From: a virus
Taxonomy: Duplodnaviria; Heunggongvirae; Uroviricota; Caudoviricetes
DNA: 40,220 bases
Strand: one strand, 5' to 3'
Virus record (IMG/VR): IMGVR_UViG_2671181134_000016
Shown here: positions 26,231-36,590 of the stretch, piece after piece
Layout of the letters: each line of letters opens with the position of its first letter
Numbering within the stretch: the stretch's first letter is position 1
Made by a program: the position numbers and the translations under genes
The notes under the pieces: model-generated
Told to the model about the DNA's origin: nothing
What the model saw: only the letters and a program-made list of their open reading frames with translations
Database searches by the model: none

Positions 26231-28055
26231 ATTTGAGCTTAAGGCGTTGATCACCGGTGTCGACAGGCTTTCTCCCGCGCTGTCGAAAATGCAAAAGAAA
26301 ATCCGGGGATTTAAACGCCAGGCGGAAGAAGCGTCACAGGGTGGGCTGGCGCTTGGTGGAGGACTGGCAGCGGGGCTGACGCTTTCCCTGAAATCTTATG
26401 CCGATCAGGAAAACGCCGCTACCGGGCTGAAAGTCGCCATGATGGATGCGAACGGCGAGGTTGGAAAGAGCTTTCAGGACATCAATAAACTGGCTATTGG
26501 CCTGGGTAACCAGCTACCCGGTACAACGGCTGATTTCCAGAACATGATGCAGATGCTGGTGCGTCAGGGGATCCCGGCAGAAAACATTCTGGGTGGTGTG
26601 GGTAAAGCGACAGCTTATCTTGCGGTACAACTGAAAAAAACACCGGAAGCGGCTGCTGAGTTTGCTGCAAAGATGCAGGATGCTACCGGAACGGCGTCAG
26701 AAGACATGATGGGGCTGTTCGACACTATCCAGAAGGCGTTTTATCTGGGCGTTGACGATACCAACATGTTGTCCTTCTTCACTAAAACCAGTTCTGTTCT
26801 GAAGATGGTGAACAAGGACGGTCTTCAGGCTGCACAGAGCCTTGCCCCCATCAGCGTCATGATGGATCAGATGGGGATGAACGGGGAGTCGGCAGGTAAT
26901 GCCCTGCGAAAAGTTATCCAGTCCGGATTAAGTGTTAAGAAAATCAGGGACGTCAATAAAGTCATGGCCCGCCAGAAACTCGGGGTACAGCTCGATTTTA
27001 CTGACGGCAAAGGAAGTTTTGGCGGTCTTGATAACATGTTCAGGCAACTGGCAAAGTTGCGAAAACTGACCGACGTTAAGCGAACAGGCGTACTTAAGGC
27101 AATATTTGGTGATGATGCCGAAACCCTTCAGGTGGTCAATGCCCTGATCGATAAAGGAAAGGATGGCTACGATCAGATCCAGCAGAAGATGAATAAACAG
27201 GCCAGCCTGAATAAACGTGTTCAGGCTCAGCTTGGTACGCTGTCCAACCTGTGGGAGGCAATGACGGGGACCGCAACTAACGGTCTTGCAGCTATTGGCG
27301 GCGCATTTTCTGGTGACGCTAAAAATATCACGCAATGGCTGGGGGAGTTGGGGGAAAAATTCACGAAGTTTGCGGATGAAAATCCCCGGGTTATTCGCGG
27401 CGTCGTCGGGCTTGCTGCCGGTCTTGCGATTCTGAAACTGGGATTGATGGGCGTTGGCGGTGCCATCAGTATTGTCAGCAGGATCATGTCGATGACGCCG
27501 ATTGGCATGATTGCGACGGCGATAGCCCTGGCTGCGGGATTAATTATCACTAACTGGGATGTTGTCGGACCTTATTTTAAGAAACTCTGGGAAACCATTG
27601 GTCCTTATTTTGAGGCTGGCTGGGAACTCCTTAAGAAAGTTTTTGCCTGGTCGCCGCTGGGGATGGTGATCAATAACTGGGGGCCGGTTGTTAAGTGGTT
27701 TCAGGATATGTGGGACAAGCTGAAGCCAATTATTGAGTGGTTTACCGACAGTTCCGGTGACACGGTCGATGCCATTAACTCTGCGCAGTGGGGCGCGGGT
27801 GCTTATGATGCTTATGGGACGGGAATACCGACGCGGGGATACACACCTTATCCGGCGGTGGATCCGGCTCAGTCAAACAACGCCTCCGATGCCACAGGCC
27901 CGAATCCCTTCATGATTAACAAAGCTATCGCGCCAAAAGTTGATGGCGAGATCAAGGTTTCATTTATGAATATGCCACCAGGTATGCGGGTTACGGAAAC
28001 ACGTTCCAGTGGCATTGATATTAATCACGATGTTGGGTACACCAGATTTAGGTAA
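26223..28055 (+). CDS. Tail tape measure protein
   Basis: 610 aa, Ala/Gly-rich with hydrophobic C-terminal segments. Confidence 0.85.
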   Translation: MAEFELKALITGVDRLSPALSKMQKKIRGFKRQAEEASQGGLALGGGLAAGLTLSLKSYADQENAATGLKVAMMDANGEVGKSFQDINKLAIGLGNQLPGTTADFQNMMQMLVRQGIPAENILGGVGKATAYLAVQLKKTPEAAAEFAAKMQDATGTASEDMMGLFDTIQKAFYLGVDDTNMLSFFTKTSSVLKMVNKDGLQAAQSLAPISVMMDQMGMNGESAGNALRKVIQSGLSVKKIRDVNKVMARQKLGVQLDFTDGKGSFGGLDNMFRQLAKLRKLTDVKRTGVLKAIFGDDAETLQVVNALIDKGKDGYDQIQQKMNKQASLNKRVQAQLGTLSNLWEAMTGTATNGLAAIGGAFSGDAKNITQWLGELGEKFTKFADENPRVIRGVVGLAAGLAILKLGLMGVGGAISIVSRIMSMTPIGMIATAIALAAGLIITNWDVVGPYFKKLWETIGPYFEAGWELLKKVFAWSPLGMVINNWGPVVKWFQDMWDKLKPIIEWFTDSSGDTVDAINSAQWGAGAYDAYGTGIPTRGYTPYPAVDPAQSNNASDATGPNPFMINKAIAPKVDGEIKVSFMNMPPGMRVTETRSSGIDINHDVGYTRFR

Positions 28056-28061
28056 AGACGA

Positions 28062-28083
28062 ACAGGGAGGGCCGTCCCTCCCT
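28062..28083. terminator. Bidirectional hairpin between tape measure gene and the convergent moron
   Basis: AGGGAGGG-ccgt-CCCTCCCT. Confidence 0.5.
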
Positions 28084-28087
28084 GAAC

Positions 28088-28534
28088 TTACTGTGCGAAC
28101 ACGCAATTTCGGCCTGATGGGGAGCCGACAATTCTGGACATTTTTTCGCAAATAACAGTTACTTGTTCTCCTTTTTTAAGAGCAGCAGCTGTTGATTTTT
28201 CAGAGTCTTGCATCTCCATTCTTGCTGGCATGAATTCATTTTCAGTTCTGAATTTAATAATTATAGAGTCAGTAAAGTCCTTATCAATGGATTGTACGAT
28301 ACCTCTAACGGCGATTAATTTACCTTTTAACTGTTCATCGGTAGCGACTTCATTTTCTTCATACTCTTTAAACAGCTGTCGAGCAGTAGTGTTGTAGATT
28401 TCTTTTTGCGGTGCCGCAGCTTCCGTATCGGATGAGTATGAAGAATTAGAGCCTTTATCGTTATTGCCTGCAAAATATCCAATAATCACCAACCCGATGA
28501 AAATATATAAAATCCATTTTAATAATTTCTTCAT
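28088..28534 (-). CDS. Moron: N-terminally membrane-anchored protein with OB-fold-like (tRNA_anti-like) C-terminal domain
   Basis: MKKLLKWILYIFIGLVIIGYFAG signal-anchor; AT-rich; opposite strand inside the tail operon. Confidence 0.6.
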   Translation of the reverse strand: MKKLLKWILYIFIGLVIIGYFAGNNDKGSNSSYSSDTEAAAPQKEIYNTTARQLFKEYEENEVATDEQLKGKLIAVRGIVQSIDKDFTDSIIIKFRTENEFMPARMEMQDSEKSTAAALKKGEQVTVICEKMSRIVGSPSGRNCVFAQ

Positions 28535-28644
28535 GTTATCACCTTAATGCTAATAATTTATATGGTTACAAATGGTAATGGCTACCACTACAAATTATGG
28601 CATTACCAGTAAATATTACTACTGATAATAAATATGGGACTTAT

Positions 28645-29973
28645 ATGACGTGGAAAGACAGGCTTCAGGATGCGTCATTTCGCAGCGTGCCGTTTAAGGT
28701 TGAAGAAGAAAGTGCGGGAACCGGTCGCCGTGTGGAAACACATGAATACCCGAACCGCGACAAGCCCTATACCGAAGATCTGGGAAAAGTCACTTTCCGC
28801 CCGTCCATCACAGCTTATGTGGTGGGAGATGACTGCTTTGACCAGCGCGATCGCCTGATTGAAGCGCTGAATAAACCCGGTCCCGGCACGCTTGTCCACC
28901 CGACATATGGTGAGCTGAAAGTCTGTGTTGACGGGGAAGTTCGGGTCAGCACATCGAAAAGTGAAGGGCGTATTGTCCGCTTTGACCTGAAGTTTGTCGA
29001 AGCAGGAGAACTCTCTTACCCCACATCAGGTGCGGCGACGGCGCAGACGCTGATGTCATCCTGTTCTGCACTGGATGACTGCATCAGTGACAGCTTCAGC
29101 GGTTTCAGTATCGATGGTGTGGCGGATTTCGTGCAGAACGACGTTATCGGTAATGCCAGCACAATGCTTGGGTATGTTTCTGATGCGATGAAAGTGGTGG
29201 ATTCTGCCGTATCGGATGCCGCCAGGCTGTTGCAGGGGGATATCTCGGTACTTCTGCCGCCGCCATCCTCAGGCAAAAATTTCGTTGAGCAGGTGCAGAA
29301 AATGTGGCGTACCGGGAAACGCCTTTATGGTAACGCCAGCGACCTGGTCACCATGATCAAAACGCTTTCCGGTGTCAGCCTCGGCAGCGATCTGCAACCG
29401 CGCGGCGTCTGGAAAACGGACAGTAAAACCACCGCCACGGCGACGCAGCAGCGTAACGTGGTTGCCAGCACCCTTCGTACGACCGCAATCAGCGAAGCGG
29501 CGTATGCCGTCACCCGATTGCCTGCGCCAACAACTTCCGCGGTGATGCAGAATTCCGCAGTGGGGCAGGCAACAACACCCGCGCAGAGCACTGGCTGGCC
29601 TTCCGTCACGCATCCGGCACTGAACAATGCACCGGCGGTGAAAAACACGGTTGACCTGCCGACGTGGGAAGAACTGACTGACATTCGCGACACACTGAAT
29701 ACGGCAATTGATAAGGAGTTGTCCCGTACAACCAGTGATGCGCTGTTTCTGGCGCTGCGCCGGGTGAAAGCAGATCTGAATGCGGATATCAACACGCGCC
29801 TTGAACAGTCTGCACGGATCATTCAGCGCACACCGGATGAGGTTTTACCCGCGCTGGTGCTGGCGGCGACCTGGTTTGATAACGCGGCGCGTGACGCGGA
29901 CATTATCCGGCGTAATGCCATTACGCATCCCGGCTTTGTGCCGGTGATCCCTCTGAAGGTGCCAGTGCAATGA
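28645..29973 (+). CDS. DNA circulation protein (Mu gpN/gp43-like); start uncertain (28597 or 28645)
   Basis: Position after tape measure in Mu-like order. Confidence 0.75.
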   Translation: MTWKDRLQDASFRSVPFKVEEESAGTGRRVETHEYPNRDKPYTEDLGKVTFRPSITAYVVGDDCFDQRDRLIEALNKPGPGTLVHPTYGELKVCVDGEVRVSTSKSEGRIVRFDLKFVEAGELSYPTSGAATAQTLMSSCSALDDCISDSFSGFSIDGVADFVQNDVIGNASTMLGYVSDAMKVVDSAVSDAARLLQGDISVLLPPPSSGKNFVEQVQKMWRTGKRLYGNASDLVTMIKTLSGVSLGSDLQPRGVWKTDSKTTATATQQRNVVASTLRTTAISEAAYAVTRLPAPTTSAVMQNSAVGQATTPAQSTGWPSVTHPALNNAPAVKNTVDLPTWEELTDIRDTLNTAIDKELSRTTSDALFLALRRVKADLNADINTRLEQSARIIQRTPDEVLPALVLAATWFDNAARDADIIRRNAITHPGFVPVIPLKVPVQ

Positions 29974-31049
29974 ACGACAATGTCACGCTACGGGTAAATG
30001 GCCGGGAGTGGAATGGCTGGACATCGGTGCGCATCGGTGCCGGTATTGAACGGCTGGCGCGGGATTTCAGTGTGGAGATTACTCGCCAGTGGCCGGGAGA
30101 TGAGGGTATCACCACGCTTCAGCCGCGCATTAAAAACGGTTCAAAAGTGGAAGTGCTGATTGGTGATGAGCTGGTGATCACCGGCTGGGTGGAGGCGACT
30201 CCCGTTCGTTACGATGCCCGTTCGGTCAGCACCGGTATTGCCGGACGTAGTCTGACGGCTGACCTGATTGACTGTGCAGCCGAACCGACACAGTTTAACG
30301 GACGCTCGCTGGTGCAGATTGCGCAGGCGCTTGCTGCGCCTTTCGGCATTGAGGTGGTGAACAGCGGTGCGCCATCGGGTGTTATTCCTGATGTTCAGCC
30401 TGATCACGGTGAAACGGTGATTGAGGTAATCAACAAAATACTCGGTCAGCAGCAGGCGCTGGCTTACGACGACCCGCACGGCAGGCTGGTGATTGGCGGT
30501 ATTGGCTCAACGCGGGCACATACCGCGCTGGTACTTGGGGAAAACATCCTTTCCTGTGATACGGAGAAGAGTATCCGGGAGCGGTTTTCTGTTTACCAGG
30601 TGGCGGGGCAGCGTGCCGGAAACGACGATGATTTCGGTGAGGCCACCACCACCGCGCTGCGGGCCCGCACAGAGGACGCATTTATTGCCCGTTACCGTCC
30701 GATGTATATCAGGCAGACAGGGCAGGCCACGGGGGCAGGTTGTATTGCGCGTGCTGACTTTGAAGCCCGACAACGGGCGGCGCGGACGGATGAAACCACC
30801 TATGTGGTGCAGGGCTGGCGACAGGGTAACGGTACGCTGTGGCAGCCCAACCAGCGGGTGATTGTCTTCGATCCGGTCTGTGGTTTCGACAATACCGAAC
30901 TGCTTGTCTCGGAAGTCACGTTTACTCAGGACCAGAACGGCACCCTGACGGAAATCCGTGTCGGCCCACCTGATGCTTATCTGCCTGAACCCGAAGCCCC
31001 CGGCGCGCGGAAAAAGAAAAAAGCCAGAGTACAGGAGGACCCGTTCTGA
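29970..31049 (+). CDS. Baseplate hub protein (Mu gpP/gp44-like)
   Basis: 359 aa in conserved order. Confidence 0.8.
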   Translation: MNDNVTLRVNGREWNGWTSVRIGAGIERLARDFSVEITRQWPGDEGITTLQPRIKNGSKVEVLIGDELVITGWVEATPVRYDARSVSTGIAGRSLTADLIDCAAEPTQFNGRSLVQIAQALAAPFGIEVVNSGAPSGVIPDVQPDHGETVIEVINKILGQQQALAYDDPHGRLVIGGIGSTRAHTALVLGENILSCDTEKSIRERFSVYQVAGQRAGNDDDFGEATTTALRARTEDAFIARYRPMYIRQTGQATGAGCIARADFEARQRAARTDETTYVVQGWRQGNGTLWQPNQRVIVFDPVCGFDNTELLVSEVTFTQDQNGTLTEIRVGPPDAYLPEPEAPGARKKKKARVQEDPF

Positions 31050-31597
31050 TGAGGACGATTGAAGCCATGCAGCGACAACTTCTCGGCCTGATTGGGCGGG
31101 CAGTGGTGAAAAGCATCAGTGCCGCCACGAAATGTCAGACTGTGGATGTGTCCCTGATTGCCGGTGAACCCAAAGCCGGGGTTGAACATCTTGAACCCTA
31201 CGGTTTTACCGCAAGGGCAAACAGCGGTGCGGAAGCGGTGGTGTTGTTTCCGGATGGCGACCGTTCTCATGCGGTGGTTGTTACGGTGTCGGACCGGCGC
31301 TACCGCCTGAAAGGGCTGCAGACGGGTGAGGTGGCTGTCTATGACGATCAGGGGCAGTCTGTGACGCTGACCCGGGAGGGGATCGTGGTGGACGGTGCAG
31401 GTAAAACGATCACGTTTCGCAATGCGCCCAGAGCACGTTTTGAAATGGACCTGGAAGTGACCGGACAGGTGAAAGACCTGTGCGACTCCGGCGGTACCAC
31501 CATGTCAGCGATGCGGCTTGCCTATAACGGGCATCGTCACAGAGAGAACGGTCAGGGCAGTAACACCGACAAACCTGATAAAGCGATGGAGGCATGA
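31049..31597 (+). CDS. Baseplate assembly/spike protein (Mu gp45-like)
   Basis: 182 aa, conserved order. Confidence 0.75.
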   Translation: MRTIEAMQRQLLGLIGRAVVKSISAATKCQTVDVSLIAGEPKAGVEHLEPYGFTARANSGAEAVVLFPDGDRSHAVVVTVSDRRYRLKGLQTGEVAVYDDQGQSVTLTREGIVVDGAGKTITFRNAPRARFEMDLEVTGQVKDLCDSGGTTMSAMRLAYNGHRHRENGQGSNTDKPDKAMEA

Positions 31598-32022
31598 TGG
31601 AACTGTGGCTGACGGTGAACGGTAAACGCACCTGCGCCAGCGCACAGCTGGATCCGCTGACCCGCGCCGTGGTGATTTCCCTGTTTACCTGGCGGCGGTC
31701 GGAGCCTGATGACAACGCCGATGTCCCGATGGGATGGTGGGGGGATACCTGGCCTGCGGTACAGAATGACCGTTACGGCTCCCGACTGTGGCTGCTTCAG
31801 CGCAGCAAACTGACCAATCAACTGGTGCAGACGGTAAGGGGGTATATCCGCGAATGCCTGCAATGGATGATTGATGACGGCGTGGTGTTCCGTATTGATC
31901 TGGATATCCGCCGTACCGGGATTAATGAACTGGGTAACAGTATCACTCTCTGGCGTCGTGACGGACCGGTAATGATTTCTTTTGATGATCTGTGGAGTGC
32001 GATAACGCATGGCGGACAGTGA
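31594..32022 (+). CDS. Baseplate protein (Mu gp46-like)
   Basis: 142 aa, conserved order. Confidence 0.7.
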   Translation: MMELWLTVNGKRTCASAQLDPLTRAVVISLFTWRRSEPDDNADVPMGWWGDTWPAVQNDRYGSRLWLLQRSKLTNQLVQTVRGYIRECLQWMIDDGVVFRIDLDIRRTGINELGNSITLWRRDGPVMISFDDLWSAITHGGQ

Positions 32023-33067
32023 ATTTCAGCGCCCGACGCTGGCAGAAAATATCAGTATGCTCCGTAACGATTTATTCGCCAGGCTGGACGTCAGCGACAC
32101 GCTCCGGCGCATGGATGAAGACGTGCGGGCAAAGGTGTATGCGGCGGCGCTGCATACGGTCTACGGGTACATCGATTATCTGGCAATGAATATGCTGCCT
32201 GACCTGTGCGATGAGTCCTGGCTGGCGCGACATGCTGCGATGAAACGGTGTCCGCGCAAGGGGGCCACGGCTGCCAGCGGGTATATGCGCTGGGAAGGTG
32301 TCAGCGATGGCCTGAAGGTGACTGCCGGGAGCGTGATTCAGCGCGATGACCTGGTTCAGTACACGGCAACTGCCGATGCAACCAGCTCCGGTGGTGTCCT
32401 GCGTGTGCCGATCACTTGCTCAACTACAGGCGCGGTCGGTAACGCTGACGACGGTACGGCATTAATCCTGGTCACGCCGGTGAATGGTCTGCCGTCTTCC
32501 GGTGTTGCAGATACCCTGACTGGCGGATTCGATACTGAAGATCTGGAAACGTGGCGCGCCCGCGTCATTGAGCGGTATTACTGGACGCCGCAGGGCGGGG
32601 CTGACGGGGACTATGTCGTCTGGGCTAAAGAAGTGCCCGGCATTACCCGCGCATGGACATACCGTCACTGGATGGGAACGGGAACTGTCGGTGTGATGAT
32701 TGCCAGCAGTGACCTGATTAATCCCATTCCGGAAGAATCAACGGAAACGGCGGCAAGACAACATATCGGGCCACTGGCCCCGGTGGCAGGCTCTGACTTG
32801 TATGTGTTCAGGCCGGTGGCACATACGGTGGATTTTCATATCCGCGTGACGCCGGATACACCGGAAATACGGGCTGCCATCACCGCGGAGTTGCGTTCGT
32901 TCCTGCTGCGTGATGGTTATCCGCAGGGAGAACTGAAGGTGTCGCGTATCAGTGAGGCGATTTCCGGTGCGAACGGGGAATACAGCCATCAGTTGCTTGC
33001 ACCGGCAGACAATATCTCCATTGCAAAAAATGAACTGGCGGTTCTGGGGACGATTTCATGGACGTGA
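32009..33067 (+). CDS. Baseplate J-like protein (Mu gp47-like)
   Basis: 352 aa, conserved order. Confidence 0.8.
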   Translation: MADSEFQRPTLAENISMLRNDLFARLDVSDTLRRMDEDVRAKVYAAALHTVYGYIDYLAMNMLPDLCDESWLARHAAMKRCPRKGATAASGYMRWEGVSDGLKVTAGSVIQRDDLVQYTATADATSSGGVLRVPITCSTTGAVGNADDGTALILVTPVNGLPSSGVADTLTGGFDTEDLETWRARVIERYYWTPQGGADGDYVVWAKEVPGITRAWTYRHWMGTGTVGVMIASSDLINPIPEESTETAARQHIGPLAPVAGSDLYVFRPVAHTVDFHIRVTPDTPEIRAAITAELRSFLLRDGYPQGELKVSRISEAISGANGEYSHQLLAPADNISIAKNELAVLGTISWT

Positions 33068-33642
33068 CAAACGATGATTACATCCGTCTGTTATCTGCAC
33101 TGTTGCCCCCCGGTCCGGCGTGGTCAGCCAGCGATCCGGCGATTGCCGGTGCGGCACCGTCATTAACCCGCGTTCATCAGCGTGCTGATGCCCTGATGCG
33201 GGAGCTGGATCCGCGCACCACCACCGAACTGATAAACCGCTGGGAGCGTCTGTGCGGCCTGCCGGATGAATGTATTCCCGCAGGGACACAGACCCTTCGC
33301 CAGCGTCAGCAACGACTGGATGCGAAGGTTAACCTGGCGGGCGGCATCAATGAGGATTTTTACCTTGCACAGCTTGCTGCCCTGGGCAGACCAGACGCTA
33401 CCATCACGCGATACGACAAAAGCACGTTCACCTGCTCATCAGCCTGCACTGACGCTGTGAATGCGCCGGAATGGCGGTATTACTGGCAGGTCAACATGCC
33501 AGCCGCCACCAACACCACCTGGATGACATGTGGCGATCCCTGTGATTCCGCACTGCGTATCTGGGGCGACACCGTTGTCGAGTGTGTGCTTAACAAACTC
33601 TGCCCGTCGCATACCTACGTAATTTTTAAATATCCGGAGTAA
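33058..33642 (+). CDS. Tail protein (Mu gp48-like / YmfQ-like, DUF2313)
   Basis: 194 aa, same size as remembered e14 YmfQ; directly upstream of the tail fibre. Confidence 0.75.
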   Translation: MDVTNDDYIRLLSALLPPGPAWSASDPAIAGAAPSLTRVHQRADALMRELDPRTTTELINRWERLCGLPDECIPAGTQTLRQRQQRLDAKVNLAGGINEDFYLAQLAALGRPDATITRYDKSTFTCSSACTDAVNAPEWRYYWQVNMPAATNTTWMTCGDPCDSALRIWGDTVVECVLNKLCPSHTYVIFKYPE

Positions 33643-33645
33643 TCC

Positions 33646-34308
33646 ATGCATCGTATAGACACGAAAACCGCGCAGAAGGATAAGTTCGGCGCGGGTAAGA
33701 ACGGTTTTACCCGTGGTAACCCCCAGACTGGCACACCTGCCACCGATCTGGATGATGACTACTTTGATATGTTGCAGGAAGAACTCTGCAGCGTGGTGGA
33801 GGCATCCGGTGCCAGCCTGGAGAAGGGGCGAAACGACCAGTTGCTTACCGCGCTTCGTGCTCTGCTGTTAAGCCGCAAGAATCCGTTTGGTGATATCAAA
33901 TCGGATGGCACGGTGAAAACGGCTCTCGAAAACCTTGGTTTGGGAGAAGCGGCAAGACGGGGGGTGGGAACAGGGGAAAATCAGATACCGGACATGGCTT
34001 CATTTAGTGGGGTGAGGGATTATTACGGAAAACAACTTTTGCCAGGAGGGTTGATACTTCAGTGGCTGACGATTCCATCAAGTGCAGCAGCTAAAGCTGT
34101 AACACTGAATAATGGTAATTATCAGCTGTCAGGCTATAAATGGCCCCAGTCATTTGGTGTCCTGTTTGCTGTGTTTGCCACAAAAGTTTCTGGCTCGACT
34201 AACGAAGCATATGCAATCTCAGTTAATCGTCACTCTACCGATGTAATTGTCACCTGGAATGCCCGTAAGGCTGATGATGTCCACATTTTAGGAATTGGGA
34301 AATTATGA
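33646..34308 (+). CDS. Tail fibre protein: constant N-terminal part (to about 33948) fused to the currently expressed variable C-terminal part
   Basis: GGAG Shine-Dalgarno; the inversion crossover site lies inside the gene at codons 97-101. Confidence 0.8.
   Translation: MHRIDTKTAQKDKFGAGKNGFTRGNPQTGTPATDLDDDYFDMLQEELCSVVEASGASLEKGRNDQLLTALRALLLSRKNPFGDIKSDGTVKTALENLGLGEAARRGVGTGENQIPDMASFSGVRDYYGKQLLPGGLILQWLTIPSSAAAKAVTLNNGNYQLSGYKWPQSFGVLFAVFATKVSGSTNEAYAISVNRHSTDVIVTWNARKADDVHILGIGKL
33935..33949. repeat. Left inversion crossover site (TTGGTTTGGGAGAAG)
   Basis: Perfect 15-bp inverted repeat with the right site; embedded in the tail fibre gene. Confidence 0.65.
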
Positions 34309-34724
34309 AAATGAAATGGTCCCCATCTGTTCAGGGATTTTTCTCTGAAAATAACAGCGATATTCCCGATGATGCTTTCGATATTGAAGATGCTCTTTAT
34401 TATGAACTTATGAATGGTCAGAGTACGGGGAAAATTATTATCAATAACCCGGATAACTACCCTGTACTTACTGAATATCCAGCGAAGACACAGGAACAGG
34501 AAATAGCTGAAGCGGAGGGAATGAAAAGTATACTTATTGAACAGGCCAACGAATACATGAACAGTAAGCAATGGCCTGGTAAAGCCGCTATTGGTCGTCT
34601 GAAAGGTGAGGAACTGGCGCAATATAATTTGTGGCTGGATTATCTGGACGCACTGGAACTGGTTGATACCTCCAGTGCGCCAGATATTGAATGGCCTACG
34701 CCTCCGGCAGTTCAGGCCAGATGA
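34305..34724 (+). CDS. Tail fibre assembly protein (Tfa, expressed orientation)
   Basis: C-terminal conserved Tfa motif (...WPTPP...); coupled to the tail fibre stop. Confidence 0.8.
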   Translation: MKMKWSPSVQGFFSENNSDIPDDAFDIEDALYYELMNGQSTGKIIINNPDNYPVLTEYPAKTQEQEIAEAEGMKSILIEQANEYMNSKQWPGKAAIGRLKGEELAQYNLWLDYLDALELVDTSSAPDIEWPTPPAVQAR

Positions 34725-35298
34725 CATCCGGCGCGGTGCTGGTATCTGTTGCCGTCACCGAGTCAATGTAATCCAGCACAGCGTTAAGTCGGGTGTTTTC
34801 TGTCTGCGTCAGCTTCCGCCCGGCCTGTAATTTCAGTTGAATCAGACTGATGGAAGCCATTGCAGCATCAATCAGCGACTGGCGCTGTGCTTCTGCCGCT
34901 TCTACTGCGGCGCTATGCTGTGCCTCAGTATCGGTCACCCATTTCTCACCATCCCATTCATCGTATGGCGTTAACGGGGCGATAGTGGTTGTATTTTCAG
35001 GATAATCACCCGGAGTTGTGATTTCTTTCGATTCTCCTGTTTCGGTGCTATAGATGATTTCACCGCGATGATCTGGTACATATTCCCATGAGTTAAAATC
35101 TGCAGAGCGGCAGATTGCATAACCAGCTTTGTAGGTGCCTGGAGCATCTAAACAGGAATATGCCGGAATGCCGACACCAACAGCAAGATATTCAGTTGAA
35201 GCTGAAATATACTCCCGACTCATGACGTCAAAGTTATAAACAGTAATTTCTCCTGCCATAGTGGCAATTAATTCACTGTTTAATTCTGCGTTATTCAT
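34696..35298 (-). CDS. Alternative tail fibre assembly protein (Tfa', silent orientation)
   Basis: C-terminus ...[12 protein letters not shown] is Tfa-like; convergent with Tfa. Confidence 0.75.
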   Translation of the reverse strand: MNNAELNSELIATMAGEITVYNFDVMSREYISASTEYLAVGVGIPAYSCLDAPGTYKAGYAICRSADFNSWEYVPDHRGEIIYSTETGESKEITTPGDYPENTTTIAPLTPYDEWDGEKWVTDTEAQHSAAVEAAEAQRQSLIDAAMASISLIQLKLQAGRKLTQTENTRLNAVLDYIDSVTATDTSTAPDVIWPELPEA

Positions 35299-35783
35299 TA
35301 TGCAGCCCTCACAATATAGTTAAAAGCGACATTTCGTGGGCGTGTTTCATTCGCACCTGCAGGTTTAGTCGTTGCCGCAACAACACCACCCTCTGTAATA
35401 GCCGGGTTGGGAATTGGGTAATTATCGAAGTCAATGGCTGGAGACAGGGGCGTGATTTGTTTTAAAATCGTGGTGCCTGTAAAACTTCCCAGAGTCTGGT
35501 CGTTAGTTCGTGAAGTCCAGATTCCCCAATAGTGGTTATGACTGACAATCGCACCGTCCTGAAGCGTTAATAATCCCCTTCCGTTATCCACTCCACGTCC
35601 GTCATCCCAGCCACGAATAAACTCACCGCGTAAATCAGGTAATTTATTTGTCGGATAAGCCTTTGCCAGTTCCGGGTATTCTTCAGCAGAAAAAGCTGCT
35701 CCGTTGCATTTCAGCCAGCCTGTTGGCGGAGTGGCTGAAGGCCACGGAACAGGCACACCAACGGGTAATGCTGAGCCTTCTCC
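35298..35783 (-). CDS. Alternative tail-fibre variable C-terminal segment (Sv'), lacking its own start; fused to the constant part upon inversion
   Basis: The frame continues from the crossover repeat (GLGE) with no ATG; the track's 'M' at 35786 is a TTG. Confidence 0.7.
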   Translation of the reverse strand, partial: GEGSALPVGVPVPWPSATPPTGWLKCNGAAFSAEEYPELAKAYPTNKLPDLRGEFIRGWDDGRGVDNGRGLLTLQDGAIVSHNHYWGIWTSRTNDQTLGSFTGTTILKQITPLSPAIDFDNYPIPNPAITEGGVVAATTKPAGANETRPRNVAFNYIVRAA

Positions 35784-35791
35784 CAAACCAA
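35777..35791. repeat. Right inversion crossover site (reverse complement of TTGGTTTGGGAGAAG)
   Basis: Inverted copy immediately upstream of the invertase gene. Confidence 0.65.
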
Positions 35792-35857
35792 CCTTTTAGA
35801 AAATGCAGTTGTTTCGTTCAGGTGGCATGATTCCGGCTTTTTACAGGGCTATTTATC

Positions 35858-36406
35858 ATGCTTATCGGCTATGTACGCGTGTCAACAAATGACCAGAACA
35901 CGGCATTGCAGCGAAACGCGCTGGATTGCGTAGGATGTGAACTGATATTCGAAGATAAGATCAGCGGCAGAAGTCTGACAGACCGGGACTGAAGAAGGTG
36001 CTCAGGACGCTATCAGAAGGCGATACGCTGGTGGTCTGGAAACCGGATCGTCTCGGTCGCAGCATGCGGCATCTTGTCGTTCTGGTGGAGGATACGGGAA
36101 AGAGGGATTAACTTTCGCAGCCTGACCGACAGCATAGACACATCTTCGCCAATGGGGCGTTTTTTCTTTCACGTTATGGGCGCTCTGGCTGAAATGGAGC
36201 GAGAACTGATTGTCGAACGCACTAGGGCGGGCCTTGCCGCGGCTCGTGAAGAAGGGCGGATCGGTGGGCGTCGTCCAAGGCTAACAGATGAGCAATGGGT
36301 GCAGGCAGGAAGATTGATAGCTGCTGGGGAATCACGGCAGCGCATAGCGATCATCTATGATGTTGGCGTATCGACGCTGTATAAAAAATTCCCGGTTAAT
36401 TGTTAA
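35858..36406 (+). pseudogene. pin: Pin/Gin/Hin-family serine DNA invertase disrupted by two compensating frameshifts (-1 near 35969-35977, +1 near 36091-36094)
   Basis: N-terminus MLIGYVRVSTNDQNT and C-terminus RERGINFRSLTDSIDTSSPMGRFFFHVMGALAEMERELI are in the same frame; the middle (DRPGLKKVLRTLSEGDTLVVWKPDRLGRSM) is in another frame; stop at 35990 in the start frame. Confidence 0.8.
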
Positions 36407-36560
36407 CAGATGCCGCAGTCTCGCCATATGCAAGAGCGGACTGCGGCAGGCAACAGAGTGTTCATGCCCACATTGCCGACAGAAAGGATAGCAGAGAAAA
36501 GAGAAGGTGGAATTGTCAGGTGTTTCACCATTAATTCACCATCGGCAAATTGCAGGTATA

Positions 36561-36590
36561 AAAAAACCAGCCTTAAGAGGTTGGTTTTAT
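36561..36590. terminator. Putative bidirectional terminator after the invertase region
   Basis: A-run, imperfect stem CCAGCC/GGTTGG, T-run. Confidence 0.4.

Noticed and set aside
35648-35830. Plus-strand 60-codon ORF spanning the right inversion crossover site
   Set aside because: Overlaps the alternative tail-fibre segment on the opposite strand and the crossover repeat; no Shine-Dalgarno; shadow ORF.
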